In this document: positions 12,822-25,000 of the stretch, piece after piece
Layout of the letters: each line of letters opens with the position of its first letter
How positions within the stretch are numbered: the stretch's first letter is position 1
NCBI GenBank assembly: GCA_002633005.1
Contig: NMRA01000247.1
Location: forward strand, 317,847 to 381,846
DNA length: 64,000 bases
Direction: 5' to 3'
DNA from: Phoronis australis
Taxonomy: Eukaryota; Animalia; Phoronida
Translations under genes and position numbers: made by a program
The notes under the pieces: model-generated
What the model saw: only the letters and a program-made list of their open reading frames with translations
Told to the model about the DNA's origin: nothing
Databases searched by the model: none

Positions 12822-14549
12822 CATGCTATAAACATTCCCACTAAATAAGATTGGTCCTAACCCCGCTTGTCAAGGTAAACAGTGGGGTTTGGAAAATTGA
12901 ACTAGACCATATTTATCCACCTTGGCCGAGTCGCGCTCGGCTCACAATCAAAGGGATGCCGCCGCTGCTCTATTCAACAAGTCACCAGTGAGGATAATTG
13001 GCTTCGCTCATGCGGATATTATCAGCTGATTACAATCTACCTAGCAGACTGTACTTTTTATGGAGAGAGCTTTACGTATTTTTTACTGAAATACTTGAAA
13101 AGAGGAGCGAAAACAAATATGAGTACAACTTTGAATTTTTCAAATCGGCCCAGGATAAGAGATTTTGCAACACAGCAACACTCACCATTACTTTCATTCG
13201 GCACGCACGAATACAAAAATATAGGACCCAAGTTATTTAGATTTTGGAACACATGCATTGCAATATTCAAAATACGTTTATTATGAATCTTACAAGCTGT
13301 AAAACGACGTTGTTTAATTTCATTGTGCTCATTCATTGTCATCCGTCAAATCAGCAATTTTCGAGATGTGATCTGCGGCGTGCGCAAAACACATGATTGT
13401 TATGTTCCTGAAGTACGAAAATTAAGAAACTTTAGCATGCTATTATTATTGACAGGGACACGATAAAACGAATTTGGATTTTGACTACAGTCTTGACACA
13501 GCGAGCTGGCTGACCACTGCGTCAGTGTCTCCGTTAGACCCAGAAATTGCATACAGCCCGGGTAGTTCACCTCGTCCCCAACATGAAGATCGAGCCTCGG
13601 AGTCGGACTGTTAATACTCCACGGTAGAGCTAACGACCGTCGGCCTGTGCACACAAAATCTGTGAGTTAACCAGCACTCACCTTGCACGTTGCAGCCATT
13701 TAAGTGAAAAACAATCAAGTAAACGCCATTTTCTTGCATAATCCTCCGCCTTTTGTAACAAAAAAGTCTGTCGTCGATGACCCGCACATGCAGGCTCACT
13801 CACTTTCATACGCAGACGAACTTCAAAACAAACGTCACGTGACAACAACATGTGTGTTCATCCAGAAATTTTTTTCGTGTTGTGGGGTACGATGTAGTGC
13901 AAATTTGAACTTAATCGCAATTAATCTGGACTCCACATGAACTTTAAAAATTGTAAAACATAAGAAAGATTTCAGGTAATTTGTTGAGTCGAAACTATAT
14001 TTTTATTCAAGAGTTCAAGTTTTCCTATTGACGATCGCGATTCAGCGACGCATCAGTCGTTAAGTTTTCGCCCTGTGATTAGCACAATTTTTTGAAAAAT
14101 TATCGTAATTTAACAACGGAAGTTGATAGCAATGCACCACAATTTTGTAGAAAGACTGTCATAGGCTACAAGTACGTCACAGAGCGTAAATTTGATGAAT
14201 CCTAGCTTCCAATTTTACCTGTTTGGGAAACCGGGTTTCAACTGCCGTAGGCTACAATAAGCGTCCGCTCCCGGTGAAATAAATTTTTCTTAGCCTTTGT
14301 TTGAGCCAATACAGTATACAGCTTTCCAAGAAAGCTAGGTGATGCTATGACATTATTCTTTGTTGCATTAGTCTTGGCTAATTATCATTTTATGGCCTGG
14401 TCATCCATTCAGCCAAAAGTAGTTCCAGAGGTGGCTTATCAGCCATTTATTCACGCATGCTGACTCACAATAGAAGCCTGATAAGAGTGAAGGTGAATAA
14501 ATGGGGTGTTTCTACAGTTTCTTGTGGTAGTGGATGTGTTCACGACATG
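12822..14549. mobile_element. Copy B of the CATG-bounded ~1.73-kb element (inverted relative to A and C)
   Basis: CATGCTATAAACATTCCCACTA ... GTGTTCACGACATG. Full-length reverse-complement match to 16110-17856; the ORF track shows mirror ORFs 13058-13342(-)/17337-17618(+) and 13095-13286(+)/17390-17581(-). Confidence 0.9.
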
Positions 14550-16109
14550 CTTAAAATGCTGAAAAACATTTGTCAATGAGAATTATTTGTCTTTTTAAGC
14601 CTGAGAAACAAATTTCCTGCCATAGCACTAGCAGTTCTGAATATAACACAGGTGGTTGTGAACTCACGGTGGACACTCTGTGGGCAGTACAGAGGCTGCT
14701 GGACAGTAGTGACCCTTCCAACATGGCAGGCACTGCTCCCACTTGTGATTACCTGTGTTGTTACTGAGTGACCCTGCATGACACGGGTTAGAGGTGGCGC
14801 TGTGTGCCTGCAATGAAACCATACAGTGACACCTAGTGGGAATAGCTGCAAGTCTGAATTGTAAACTTACCATATATTTTACTAAAGTCTGCAAACCAAA
14901 AATTTGCATATAGGTTCTCAATAAGAACACGTAACTCTCACCAATTAATAATCAATGTTGTAATATAATAGGTAAAACAATAATTCACCAACATGCGTAC
15001 ATTGCATTAGCACTCGTCTGTCAACCCTAAGTATAGACAAATAAAAAAGATCAGTCATGTAAAACCTGGTCCCAGAAATATTTCAACATCGCTAATACCA
15101 GAAAGAACAAACCCTGCATCACGAATGCCTGTCGAGAACTTTCATAAAGTTAAACACAGTGAATTTATTCACAATGAAGACAAAACCACTGGTGACCCTA
15201 TTGTTGATGAAAACGTAGTGAAAACACAACTATAAAGTAACAAAACGTCATGCACCATTGCCTGTCCCACACATGGAAAATGCAACAGCTGCTCATTTTG
15301 TCAAATATAGATTGGGAAACACCACCATTGAACTCAAAACATGAGTTGCAGTGCTAATCAACAAATGCAATCCTGACATTATTGTTACGAATAAGAATGA
15401 AAGTTCTGTTCAAGCTGGCAATGCAGTAATTAGATCCTTTCAATAATCGACGCCAATCACGTTCACAGTAAACTCATTTGCAACAAGGACTAACTGATGG
15501 GTTTGGTAGCCCTCTGTTGTCAGCGTCATAGGAACACACCTGCCAAATTTCAAGAAAATCCTGCAAGAGTCTAGGAGATACAGCAGTGAATACCGGACAG
15601 TGTTTGCTGGATGCAGGCCTCGGATGCTCCGACAGAGACAGAATGACTTAAGTATGCGCGGACAGCATAGTGGGTGCATAATAAATACTGTACACTGAAT
15701 GCATTATTCATGGATAAAGATCATAGCAAATAACAAAAACACTAATTATACATGCAAAGTAAACAGTACCTTCTGGACGCCAGTGGCCCTTGGCACAGAT
15801 TCCTGTTGGTTCTGGGCTGCCTTCTATACAATACATTGTCCGAGGACACACATAGCATTCTTCCACCATCTTCAAGTTTGGTTCGTCCATGTTCCAGCTG
15901 GACAAGGATGTGATGTCTCCGTAGGGGTCCTCTTTGGAGTAGTGACCCTTGGCACAGGCAATAGGAGGTTGTTGTGTCCCACCTGACCAAACTCATCAAA
16001 GTTCAGCTGAGATCAGGTCAGCTTATGGTGTGTTGTATTGGAAAATAATCTTAATAATTAAACGATAGACAATAACATTCATCCAGGTGAACAACAAGTT
16101 GTGAAAAAT

Positions 16110-17856
16110 CATGTCGTGAACACAGCCACTACCACAAGAAACTGTAGGAACACCCCATTTATCCACCTTCACTCTTATCAGGCTTCTATTTTGAGTCAGC
16201 ATGCGTGAATAATTGGCTGATAAGCCACCTCTGGAACTACTTTTGGCTGAATGGATGACCAGACCATGAAATGATAATTAGCCAAGACCAGTTACTAATG
16301 CAACAAAGAATAATGTCATAGCATCACCTAGCCTTGATGGAAAGCTGTATACTGTATTGGCTCTAATAAACGCTTATAAAAATTCATTTCACGGGGAGGG
16401 GACGCTTATTGTAGCCTACGGCAGTTGAAACCCGGTTTCCCAAGCGGGTAAAATCGGAAGCTAGGATTCATTAAATTTACGCTCTGTGACGTACTTGTAG
16501 CCTATGACAGTCTTTCTACAAAATTGTGGTGCATTGCTATCAACTTCCGTTGTTAAATTACGATAATTTTTCAAAAAATTGTGCTCATCACAGGGCGAAA
16601 ACTTAACGACTGATGCGTCGCTGAATCGCAATCGTCAATAGGAAAACTTGAACTCTTGAATAAAAATATAGTTTCGACTCAACAAATTACCTGAAATCTC
16701 TCTTATGTTTTACAATTTTTAAAGTTCATGTGGAGTCCAGATTAATTGCGATTAAGTCCAAATCTGCGCTATATCGTACCCCACAACACGAGAAAAATCT
16801 CTGGATGAACACACATGTTGTTGTCACGTGATGTTTGTTTTGAAGTTCATCTGCGTAATGAGAGTGAGTGCCGGAGCGTGCGTGTGCGGGTCATCGACGA
16901 CAGACTTTTTTCTTACAAAAGGCGGAGGATTATGCAAGAAAATGGCGTTTACTAGATTGTTTTTCATTTAAACGGCTGAAACGTGCAAGGTGAGTGCTGG
17001 TTAACTCACAGATTTTGTGTGCACAGGCCGACAGTCGTTAGCTCTACCGTGGAGTATTTATTAATAGTCCAAGGCTCGATCTACATGTTGGGGACGAGGT
17101 GAACTACCCTGGCTGTGTGAAATTTATGGGACTAACGGAGACACTGACGCAGTGGTCAGCCACCTCGCTGTATCAATACTATAGTCAAAATCCAAATTCG
17201 TTTTATCGTGTCCCTGTCAATAATAACGGCATGCTAAAGTTTCTTAATTTTCGTACTTCAGGAACATAACAATCACGTGTTTTGTACACATACGCGCATG
17301 CCGCTGATCACATCTCGGAAATTGCCGATTTGACGGATGACAATGAATAAGCCCAATGAAATTAAACATCGTTTTACAGCTTGTAAGATTTATAATAAAC
17401 GTATTTTGAATATTACAATGCATGTGTTCCAAAATCTAAATAACTTGGGTCCTATATTGCTGTATTCGTGCGCGCCGAATGAAAGTAATCGTGAGTGTTG
17501 GTGTGTTGCAAAATCTCTTATCCTGGGCCGATTTGAAAAATTCAAAGTTGTACTCATATTTGTTTTCGCTCCTCTTTTCAAATGTTTCAGTAAAAGCTGC
17601 TTAAAACTCTCTCCATAAAAAGTACAGTCTGCTAGGTAGATTGTAATCAGCTGATCATATCCGCATTAGCGAAGCCAATTATCCTCGGTCGTGACTCGAT
17701 GAATAGAGCAGCTTGGCGGCATCCCATTGATCGTGAGCCGAGCGCGACTCAGCCAAGGTGGATAAATACGGTCTAGTTCAATTTTCCAAATCCCACCGTT
17801 TACCTTGACAAGCAGGGTTAGGACCAATCTTATTTAGTGGGACTGTTTATAGCATG
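16110..17856. mobile_element. Copy C of the CATG-bounded ~1.75-kb element
   Basis: CATGTCGTGAACACAGCCACTA ... GACTGTTTATAGCATG. Imperfect TIRs. ATTTATCCACCTT occurs in inverted orientation near both ends. No transposase ORF. Confidence 0.9.
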
Positions 17857-18030
17857 TACAATCAAAAGTTCACGCGGGACACTTGTTTGAGACACTGGAC
17901 GTGATAGTAATGGTCAGAGAAAGTTCTTGGTTTGAGCAAAGTGTCAGAGATCCTATCTGGATTAAAGCCAAGAAACCCTAAGTGAACAAAAACGGAGAGA
18001 TCAAAGTTAAGTTGTCTGACGCTCCGGAGC
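17857..18030 (+). mobile_element. Penelope-like retroelement remnant (GIY-YIG endonuclease C-terminal motif)
   Basis: Translates HAGHLFETLDVIVMVRESSWFEQSVRDPIWIKAKKP*VNKNGEIKVKLS, matching the Penelope pattern GHxF...V..(L/M)xRExxWFERxV(K/R)ExIxI...PxLNxxGG...LS. Contains an internal stop. Confidence 0.7.
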
Positions 18031-18328
18031 CTCCCAATTGTCTATGGACACCAGCAAAGGGAAACGAAATTTTTGCAGGAACCTGTCAGTCATCAATCCC
18101 CAATAGTTTCAGAAGTTTAGGTTTGGAATTTTTTGTATCTACTCCTAATGTTTTATTGCTGATATTAAGAAACCTCCAAACAACAAGAAACTTTATGATG
18201 ATCAAAAATGTTCATTTCATTTTTTTGTTTTTATTGCAGCCGCTTCAACATAATTTACGCAGAAAACAAATAAGCCAACTAATTTCACAACTTTTGACCT
18301 GAAATCAACAAGCACAGAAACGTTAACG

Positions 18329-18552
18329 TTTACAAATGAATCACTTAACTCACCTGTTCCTTTACAAGTGAATCACTTAACTCACATGTTCCCTTACAAG
18401 TGAATCACTTAACTCACCTGTTCCTTTACAAGTGAATCACTTAACTCACCTGTTCCTTTACAAGTGAATCACTTAACTCACCTGTTCCTTTACAAGTGAA
18501 TCACTTAACTCACCTGTTCCTTTACAAGTGAATCACTTAACTCACCCGTTCC
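18329..18552. repeat. Minisatellite, 7 x 32 bp, built from an exon/intron junction
   Basis: Unit TTTACAAGTGAATCACTTAACTCACCTGTTCC. On the minus strand most units read GGAACAG|GTGAGT. The unit at 18521-18552 is the real donor of exon 18546-18886. Confidence 0.95.
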
Positions 18553-20546
18553 TTTCACGCAAGCGACTGTCTGACTGGACACTCGTCACACTGTTCCACA
18601 GCTGTCAGATTTGTGTGGTCTGTAAACCAGCCTGGAGGGCAGGCATATTCATCCTGGTTAGGCAGGTTATTGCCCCCGGGACAACAATACCCAGGGCTGC
18701 AGGCTTTGTCTGGTCTGGTCAAACCCGAGACAGTACATGCCATCCCAGCTAGACATGTTGCACAGTGCGTAGTCTCACTCTTTCCCTCGAGGTTCTCGTT
18801 GAACTTTCCAGCAGGGCATGGGACAGGAGCGTGAACACCAGCTTCACAGTAGTGACCAGCCGGGAAACTCTCACAGTCACTGATACCTGTGATAGGAATT
18901 TAAGAACTTAGTAACATAATAACTACTTTTGTTGCAAACTACAAATCCTAAAAAAGCTGTTAAAGTACTAGAATGCAGAATCAAGTGAACATCTACAGCA
19001 ATTGTCAACAAATCAACTATACAACAGAATTCAAAAAGCCAGAATTCATTACAAACTTGAGGCTGAATTAAATACACAGTAAATAATAACTGAAGTAAGG
19101 ATGAATATCAACTACGGTAAACAACAACAACAGTTCATACAATATCTTGCTTCAGTTCCAACAGAGGTAATTCAATATAAATAATGGGGTGTTTTAAAAT
19201 TCTTATCAGCAATGTTTCACTCACTGTCGACTTTCATTTTCTCTGTGTATTTCCCAGCTGGGCAAGGTGTTGGAGATGAGCTGTTGACGGGACAGTTGAC
19301 AGACCCCTTGGGACACTCCAGTCCAGCTGCATATGGGTCATCTGTACCTCCAGGACATTGTATGCTGACCAGGGGGGCAAGAGGTACACTCGGTAGATGC
19401 AACGGCACCCGGGTAACCCTGATAGTAAGTACCCCCTGGACACGGGTTCTGCTTGTAGTCTCCAGTGGCTGTAGGGCAGAAGTGTCCGACTGGACATCGT
19501 AAGTTTGTCCCTGGATATCCTGGCGTCCCGTCAGGACAGTAGAATCCTTGTGGACAATCTGTGCAGCTTTCAGCTTCTGATTTTGCACCAGTCATGTTTC
19601 CGTATTTTCAGCTGAGCTGGGTGTCTCCACTTTGCCATCAGTGCAATAATATCCCAGTCTGCATTCTGCTGAAGATGGATTGGCTCTGGTGTTGCCAACA
19701 GGACATGAATAGCCAGGGTCACACGCCGTACACGCCATTGCCGACACATTAGTGTACTCACCAGCAAAACACAGTACTGGTTTTTGGTTCTTCACCTTGC
19801 AATATGACCCAATGGGACATGGCAGACACGCTAAGTATCCAGCTAAGCTATAGTAGTTGTCAGCACAATCTGATCCTGTCTGGTTGTTCAATGGGCACTC
19901 TTTACCAGCTTCACACAGAGTACAAGAAATGGTCACTGCCTCTGCGTAGTAGCCAGTCTGGCAGGAGATTGGGCGAGAGTAAATATTTGGACATCGGTAA
20001 CAAGCTGGACACTCGGTGCAGGATGCTTGTCCACCGACACTAGAGTAGCTGGAGTTGCAGTTGGTCTCTGTGCTTGAGTCTGTGTTTTGGCAGGTTGTGG
20101 CCTTGGCTTCAGAGTAGTAGCCAGGCTGACATGTGATCGTAGTGTTTGTGATAGTGCTTGGGCACCAAGAGCCAGCCGCACACGGTGTACACGCTTCCTG
20201 CAAGGCGGCCTATTGAGTAAAAGCCATAGAGACAAGGGGCATTCTGAAGACCAGTCTTCACTGGACACTACCAGCCACATGGACACTCAGTACACTCAGA
20301 TGCACCTTTGTACGAGAAGTGGCCAAATGGACATTCTATTTCAGTAGATGAGTTTATGTTTGGGCAGTAGTGACCAGCTGAGCATTCTGTGAAGGAAGCT
20401 TTACCTTCTTCAGCGAAAGATCCTGTAAGTGGGCATTTGAAATGTAATTGACAATGGAAACAGAATGTGAATGGAAATCATCCTCCACTTGAGCCCATTA
20501 ATGTACAAATCAACATGAGCCAATCAAAACCAAAATGAGCAACTTT

Positions 20547-21033
20547 CAGGGCTTGGAATGGCAAATGGCGAAAAAGGCGGAAATTTTTACAGCCCGAAAC
20601 ATGCGCGCAGGCAGCCTTGAAAAAGTCGGTGTGGATCTTTTGCCGACAAAAATCGAGACTAAAAAAAAAAAAACGGTACCACCAGCGTGCGTCTGTCTTA
20701 GCTCGTTCGCCACTCCCGCCTCCTAACATTTTTGGCTGCAGAGTCGTAGTATTTGTCGCCACGGTTTACAATCACACGAGCCGCATTTGAGGAAATCCAC
20801 CACGCTATCCCAGATGCCCCGGCAATGTTGACAATTTATGTTCCTCCGAAACATAAAGAGCAACTTCCGCTTTTCGAGGTGAAAGTCGTCGGCAACACGG
20901 CGGTAAGAAAGAAATTTGCCGCGGAAATTTTATGTCAAATCCGATTTTTTTACGCGGAAACATAATAAAATACGCGGACAGAACATTTGAAAAAAGCAGA
21001 AATCCGCGTTTCCGCGGAAAATTCCAAGCCCTG
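20547..21033. mobile_element. hAT-like MITE with 6-bp TSD (487 bp)
   Basis: Perfect 13-bp TIR CAGGGCTTGGAAT...ATTCCAAGCCCTG, flanked by AACTTT (20541-20546 and 21034-21039). Related copy at 63468-63720. Confidence 0.9.
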
Positions 21034-22055
21034 AACTTTTCTCAGAAGACCTGAAAAACATATTTTGCTCAATGATACGACCATATTATAGAGACAATAT
21101 CAGTATAATAATTATCATTTTACTAGAAAAAGAGATATATATGTGTTCAGAGTTTTGTTCACTCATGCTAACAATCAATTCTCAACCCATTTTCCTTTAC
21201 TACAGTTTTACTTGAACATACTCACCTGGCTGACATGCCACTGCACTTCCTGTGATGGACGAACAAGCAAATCCAGCAGGGCACGTTTACGCACTCTGTC
21301 TGACCAATTTGAGAGTACGATCCAGCTGAGCACTACTGTGGACTGGATGTTTTTGTGGGGCACTCATAACCAGCAGGGCATGTGGTACAGGAAGACGCAT
21401 TGCCCAGGGCATAAGAACCATTGTTGCACTCCGTGGCTGGCAGACTGTAATAACGACAAAGAACGCATGAGGAGAAAGCAATATTCAAGTGGATTTGCTC
21501 TGGCAATGGGGACATAAATCTGCTCTTTAATGGAATTTTGATGAGCAAAAAAAAGTAAAATAAATCAATGGCAATCTGAGACATTCTCATGAGAAACCAG
21601 TTAAACTCATTTATACTTTATCTCAACTGAATTAGTCTTACCTTGAATTTGTACATTCACAGCCAGCCGGACATTCTGTGCATGATGCCTGACCAATGTT
21701 TCCAACAGTTGTGGTGCCACTGGGGCAGGCAACAGGTGCCTGATTGGTGAATGGACACATGTGACCTAGGGGGCATAGTGTACATGAAGTAGCACTGCCC
21801 AGACTGTATTGACCAGATGAACATGCAACAGGGGTGGAAGAGGAATTCTGACAGAAGGACCCAGCTGGACATGTGAGACAGGAAGTGCCACCCAGTAGAC
21901 AAAAGACAAAAAATTCTGTCAAAGTTAAGGAACACGAATCAGATTTTTGAAAACTGACAAAAATTTGAGAACAACACCTAGTCTTGTCTGTACTAGGTTT
22001 CATTTATCAATTAATCAAGGACTCACTGGGTTCAGCTAACAAGAAAGTTACGTAC

Positions 22056-25000
22056 AGCAGCTGCAAAGCTGTATTCTCCAGATGCACAAGCAACAGGATT
22101 GGTGAAAGGATCGGTACATCGTGAACCAGCAGGACAAAGTAGGCAGAAAGCTGAAGCAGGGACGCTGTATGTTCCTGCAACAATAAAATTCAACTCAGCA
22201 GTTCAGATACATTTCTCGTTAAAATATTTCAGTGTGACAACGACAAACTGTCTTGGTTTTATGCTCTACCTTACAACTATCACAGGAACTTTGACCTGGA
22301 CGTTGATACAGTTATGACATCAACATAATTAAAGACACATTCGTCGCACTAGTTTTTGGCCATGATAGTAACAGGAGAAAGTTGAAAATGAAAAGTGAGA
22401 TGCGATTCATGATCCAAGTTGTCAACGTTTCAATTTATTGACATAAAACCATCATCAGGAAGCAATGTCACTAACCAATGATGGTTTTATGTTAATGCAT
22501 CGAAACGATACTTGGATCATGAATTGCGCCTCAGTTTTCATTTTCAACTTTCTCATTTGGTGCGATTCCAACATTGTATTTGCAAACAACAGATACTTGG
22601 CAACATTCAACTGCACTAATTAGTTTGTGGAGTATAACGGGAGTGCAATGAATGGTTGTCACAATAAATTATATAAATTTCATAACATAGAAAGAGACGT
22701 ACAAACACATGCGTCTGGCATCTACAGTAACTATTTTTTCACTGAAAATATAGTATTCACCACTCAAAGTATATAAAACAACAAAACAGAATAAATTATT
22801 TCAAAAACAAAAAATCAAACAGAGCTCAATGTTTGATGAAATTACTGTTCAATGACGCCCTTAAGAGAAAAGACACAGTGAGACACACAACATCTGTAGT
22901 CAACCAAGACAGCTTCACACAGCGATCAGTATTTATCATAACAGCTCCATATTAGACGCTCGTCATCCCAGACCATACCTTGACTACAAGATATGCATGT
23001 ACTGGACACATAAGGGCTGTATGTCCCATTGGCACAGTCCTGGGGGAGCGTGATGTTGGCTTCATCGTAACACAACTGTCCTGCTTGACATGGGGAGCAT
23101 GATGCGGCCATACTGTCACTGTAGTAACCATCAGCACACCTCTGTCAATCACAGATCACATGACCAGAAGTTGGCTTGAAAACTCCAACAGCAATTAGCA
23201 ACAACAATCAAACATCAAAAAATACAAAAGCATAAATTAGTGAACGTAGAACCAAGAAACACTCGGTAATTTGTTTGGTCATTGATGTCAATTTGTATTA
23301 TTTGATGGATAATAAATACATGCCACTAGAGCAGTAATAAAAATGGAAAAATATATTTCCACGATAACCAGGGATACGTATATTTACTAAACGTAACATC
23401 AAAAAAGGTTGCTTTCTTCTTTAAAAAACAAATTGGACTTTGTGATAACCATACACACACTTCAACAAATTTATCTCAAAAGTGTTGCCAATAAATTGCT
23501 TTTTTACTCACAACAAAGTTGCTTATTGATTTAAAGCTGTTTTTGAAACTGTTTTCACATGAACTTACATGACATTCACCGTCTGATGAAGGACTCTGAT
23601 AACCCACATCACACGGTGTGGGTGTAGCAGAGACATCTAGACAAGAGTAGCCTGCTGGGCAAGCCTTGCAGGTGGTCTTCCCCTCTGCATCTTGATAGGT
23701 TCCTGCACTGCACACTGTCGGGCCAGATAACGGTGATGAGCATTTGTAGCCAGCAGGACAGGGGAGGCAACTAGTGCCATTGGAGTATTCGCCAGTCTGA
23801 AGGTAAATAGGACAAGTGTGTTACAGCAATACTTTGGGTAGACTAGACGTGATATCCCTTCAAAAGCACTTGTAAGTCTTCATTGAAAAATTTAACATAA
23901 AAAATCACAAACATAACAATTTTTACGCAGCAGTCGACCAGCAGGAATCAGTGAACTCACTTTAGTTCAGTGCATTAACCTGTAATCCTCTAAAAACACT
24001 AAATTTGCTTCTGGAGGAATTTAACAGTTTTAAATGTAGCTTTAATGCCATAGAACTGATTGAATCCATACACATGGAACTTGGTATCTAAAATAATAAA
24101 CTGCCATATCATTCAATCCCCTTTAGTTCTTACTTATTGACTGGACCACTATGGTCAAGCAGTCAAAGCCAAGTTACATTAACGGTAAAATATAGTATGA
24201 CTCCACAACTTTCCTTACTACCACCAAACACAGCAATAATCACTACAATAGTGCTACAATATGAACATGGCCACTGATTTTTCACTTGATCCATTTTGAG
24301 AAATTACTAGAGGCAAACAATGGGCCTTTTCGTTGGTCATAACAATACCCTTACCCCACAAGTAACGGGTCCTCCAGCCCCACACGTCATCCCAGCAGGA
24401 CATTGAGAACAAGCAGTGGCACCAGCGTTGGAAAACTGAAACAGAAATATCAGAGAAATTTAAGAATCTTGAGAAAGGGTTCAGCTAACTGCTCATACTT
24501 AAATACTATAATGACTGTCACAATCCTTAAACATCTTCGGGGGTTTCTTCAAAACGTCAGTATGCTGACTGTATATTTGATGTTAGTTTTTGTACCTGAC
24601 TTCAAATGTCATTAATATCATTTGAAATGAGTCCACAGGTTCAAATACTAATAGTAAATAGCTTACTTTAATGAGCTCAATGTCTTCACTCGGAACTATT
24701 AGAGTGACTATAACTATTTTAAGGAATTCCTACAGTACATGGGAAAATGTAAAATCAAAACCAGTGAGTTAAAAATCACAAGTGTTTTTGACAAAACTGT
24801 CAAAAAAGTGGTAGTTGTATAGAAGTGGTCATTCATTCACTACCTCTCCAGATGCGCAGGTGATAGGATTGGACGTAGGGTCAGGACATTTGGAGCCTGA
24901 AGGACACTCTGAGCAGGTGACAGCTCCCGTACCAGTGTGGTAATACCCATCCGGACACTGTGAAATATACGAGCAGGTAATGATCAAACAATCACATTAA

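Larger units (their letters stand above)
1357..21892 (-). pseudogene. Decayed 3' half (exons ~18-33) of the giant cysteine-rich GCC2/GCC3-type repeat gene
   Basis: Exons (minus): 21642-21892, 21226-21444, 19225-20422, 18546-18886, 15770-15982, 14668-14807, 10511-12219, 9509-9697, 7265-7399, 6526-6788, 6088-6340, 5574-5677, 3533-3712, 2448-2564, 1916-2071, 1357-1508. They encode CPxGxYCPxG repeats. Lesions: TG instead of AG acceptor at 21894-21893; in-frame TAG at 21333-21335, 20268-20270 and 9546-9548; frameshifts near 21287, 20205, 19605, 19365, 18562, 6725 and 1468; two compensating shifts near 15890-15930; many cysteine substitutions. No C-terminus is seen in the window. Confidence 0.85.

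Noticed and set aside
18329-18552. CRISPR-like array (32-bp repeats; also 54805-55525)
   Set aside because: Units are contiguous with no unique spacers, there are no cas genes, and the context is a eukaryotic intron.
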